64,000 nt of DNA from Octopus vulgaris (lineage: Eukaryota), in the NCBI GenBank assembly GCA_951406725.2, contig OX597830.1, positions 67,828,001 to 67,892,000 on the forward strand. Reading direction: 5' to 3'. The notes below the pieces were generated by a model that searched no databases, was not told the origin of the DNA, and saw only the letters and a list, made by a program, of their open reading frames with translations. The translations under genes and the position numbers were made by a program. Positions 60,710 to 64,000 of the stretch are shown here, piece by piece. Each line of letters opens with the position of its first letter. Position 1 is the first letter of the stretch.

Positions 60710-61860
60710 AAATTGTTTCAGTATGGATATTGGGTGGCTGGACAAATGTTTCAAAGAGACAGAGACATTGAGAAGAGCCAGATTAATCAATACTGAAAAT
60801 ATTGCACTCAACAAAGACATAGAAATCAGAAAATTAGATCTCAATCGCCCACATATCTAGGAACAGTGGAAATAGAATACATCACAAAAATGAAAGAGTA
60901 AATTAGTAGAGAATATTAAAGAATAGTTAGACTTATATTTAAACACTGAAGTCAATGCTGAAACTAATATGTTAGAAACAAGCATACTAGCTTTACTGAT
61001 CATACTTGAAGAACAGTGAATTGAAAACCTTAGATAAAAAGACCCTATTAACAGCATACAGAAGTCACCACCCCACAGCAGACAAAAACAGAATATATCT
61101 ACCCCTCTCAGAAGATGGTGTCTTGACACAGATAGAGAACTACAAAATAAAAGCAGTTGGACTGGAAATGTACTTACAAAGAACTGGTGCAATAGAGTGG
61201 ATGAAATTACTGCCCATATCATGAACGAGTGCCATAGACTTGACCAAAATCTCTATAAGTTGTGACCACACGATCATGTAGTGAAAGTGCTCCACTGGAA
61301 ACTGTGTGAAAAGTGAGGGCTAGAGAGAGTCAAAACGCAGCATGAGCACAAACCACAGAGATTGGCGGAATTGGAGACTATCAAAATCTTCTGCATTTCC
61401 CAATCCAAACGTATCGAATGCTAGAGCATAACAGACTGGACCTAGTGGTGGAGGACAAGGTGCACCACATATGTTATATAAATGATGTTGCTTGCCCTGT
61501 TGACCCACGAACAATCAAGAAAGAAGATGAAAAGATAGATGCAATCATTTTAAGTATCAAATAACCAGGCTATGGAAAATGAAGAAGGTGAAGACAGTGC
61601 CAATTATTGTTAGATCCTTGGGAAGAGTATGAGAAGGCATCAAGAGGAATATAAAGGAAATCGGAATAGAGTTCCCAGTAGAACTGTTACAAAAGGATTT
61701 CCTCCTTGGCACGGCCAGAATAATCAGGACAGTATTAGATAACTGTAAAGAGCAGGTAGTAAACCCAATACGCATGCAAGACTCCAGGTGTTCCAACAAA
61801 ACCTGTAATAAAGAGATAATAATAATAATAATAATAATGATAATAATAATAATAATAAAT
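60710..61860 (+). mobile_element. Decayed R4/Dong-like element ending in (AAT)n
   Basis: LDKKT...HHPTADKNRIYLPLSEDG, and a C-terminal VPIIVRSLG...ELLQKDFLLGTARIIRTVL. Confidence 0.7.
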
Positions 61861-61862
61861 CT

Positions 61863-61994
61863 AATGCCCTGATGCAGTACCAGGAATGCCCTGATGCAGT
61901 ACCAGAAATGCCCTGATGCAGTACCAGGAATGCCCTGATGCAGTACCAGGAATGCCCTGATGCAGTACCAGGAATGCCCTGATGCAGTACCAGG
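61863..61994 (+). repeat. 6 x 22-bp tandem repeat AATGCCCTGATGCAGTACCAGG
   Basis: Direct reading: one substitution in copy 2, no spacers. Confidence 0.95.
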
Positions 61995-62549
61995 CAGTGG
62001 CTCTCATGGCTTCTGATCTTAACTGATTGGAAGTGTTATCATGTACATTGTTTTGTCTTGGTATAAAAGATGGGCTACAGCAAATATTCTGCTCAATACC
62101 ACAGATTTGCTTGTCAGTTGTTTGACCTTAACCAGTTGAGCATGTCCCTTAGTGGCTGACGATATGTGCATCTCTGATCACGAGCAGAAGTAGTGGGGGA
62201 GCATCATAGCCATGTGTTGAGAGGGATTCTTTGGGGTTTGAATAGTTCACCTCTGGAAACATGGGTGGTTCTTTCAACATCCTTAAACAACCCTTATTCA
62301 GGGACCGTTTGAGCGGGATGGGCTACTCAACCTGAAGAAAATTCTAACTGGGCCCCACCTGCAAGGTCATGTGCTGTTTATCTTGATATGAGATCACCAT
62401 GTCGCACACATATGGTTGTGATGCATGTGCCTGGTGTACCTTTATCAGACGGGTAGTCATGATGGGTATATTGGGCTTCGTATATTTTACCCCAGTGTCA
62501 CTTTGATGGCATGAACTGCTCTCTCACTCAATAATAATAATAATAAATT

Positions 62550-63330
62550 GAAGTGCAGTGGAGCCAGAAGCCTCTGCATGGACAGTATATACATTGAAGC
62601 CGAAATGCTGATGTAGACCAAGCAACAACCTATCAGTAGCTGAGAAGCTCAGGACTGAAAACAGTGACTGAAAGTTTCATATTGGCAGCAAAGATCAAAT
62701 GTTGCCTTCCCGGAGAGTCATGAGAAGCTAAAGAAACTTTACAACAAAGTTTTTCTGAAAGTACGATTCCTTCTTGGCTCGTTAATGGTGTTACATTTCT
62801 ACTTCAGAAAAATGAAGAAGCAAATGAACCAAAAAATCATAGACCCATAACCTGCTTAACAACAATGTATAAAATACTAACATCTGTCTTAACTGACTAT
62901 ACCTGTAGTTTTTTAATAGAAGTGGTATCTTCCTTAATGAACAAAAGATTGTAAACATGGGTTCTATAGTTGTAAAGATCAGCAACTCATCAATAAGATG
63001 ATTTTGGAAGATTGTCACAAACAACACAAGAACTTATCAATAGTATGATAAATAAGTCTTTGATAGTCTACCACAAAGCTGGATTGGAAATATTTGGGAA
63101 GTTATAAAATAGCACCTGCTCTGCAAAACGTCTTATGGTATGAGATTATGGAAAACAACACTGACTTTGAATAGTGACAAAGAATCTTTCAATGCTAGGA
63201 ATGTAAGAATTTCATGTGGCACTTTCCAGAGCGACCCTATAAACACTCTTCTTTTGTCTAGCTTTAATGCCTCTTTAGAAATTGCTCGGTGATAGGCAAA
63301 TAGCTATGTCTTTTAAAAACATTCATGATT
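62550..63330 (+). mobile_element. R4/Dong-like RT fragment
   Basis: KNHRPITCLTTMYKILTSVL, CKDQQLINKMILEDC, FDSLPQSWI, GTFQSD. Confidence 0.65.
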
Positions 63331-63602
63331 AACAACGATGAATATAATGATCAAATTCTTCCATTAACGTTATTAAGTTTTGGATCAACCTTAAAGAATA
63401 AAATTTAAGGATTGTGGGGTCTGACAGAAGTAGAGAATTGAAAGACATTTTGTACTGCTTTTGCCCTTTCTATGATAAATATTGAGGACTGAAATATCTG
63501 GAATAAGTTTGTCACACTAAGTTATTACACATAATTACATAAAATTTAAGCATTAAACTTCAAATCCAAATATTACTCCTCCTCCTCCTCCTCCTCCTCC
63601 TC

Positions 63603-63653
<51 letters not shown>

Positions 63654-64000
63654 ATACCACTACTACAGTAACTACTATCATTTGGCAACATGTTAGGCAT
63701 AATTGTGCAGACCAATGGTCACGGTCTTTTAATTGTGACCACCCTATCTTTTTTTCCAAGTCATCTACAATTTCATCTTGGACATCTTTATCTGATTTGT
63801 GCTTCCGTTTTAAGTCAGTAGGGTGATATAATATGGTGATTCCATATTTATTTCTATTTAATAACAACATAGATATTCTTCATATATTCCCGTCATAACC
63901 TTGTCATTTCATTATGAACACTGAACATCAGAATATAAAGCTAGAAGAAATACTGCTAAGCATTTTCCCCGTTACACTAACGACTGGCAAGCTCACTGTT

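Overview
AT-rich, repeat-dense eukaryotic DNA, most likely a cephalopod such as Octopus (inferred from the style of the SINEs/LINEs, not verified). The only host gene I can support is the 5' part of a TRPM-family cation channel on the + strand. It has seven GT-AG exons between 3038 and 59832 covering the MHR1-3/SLOG region, and one exon carries an apparent 1-bp frameshift. The introns hold decayed transposons: Chapaev3-like, hAT, mariner/Tc1, RTE, R4/Dong-like, LTR remnants and tRNA-derived SINEs. The outstanding region is a ~20.5-kb (TA)n 'sink' (27.8-48.3 kb) inside one intron. It contains (i) two near-perfect palindromes whose arms each carry a minimal type-I hammerhead ribozyme motif of the Penelope pseudo-LTR kind, and (ii) eight copies of three related CR1-group LINE families, each bordered by (TA)n. 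One LINE copy is full length, with a 13-unit 5'UTR monomer array and an ORF1 combining a Myb/SANT-like domain with a CCCH finger. A two-hairpin 3' motif covaries across the three LINE families and a SINE elsewhere in the window. All family assignments are by eye; no searches were run.
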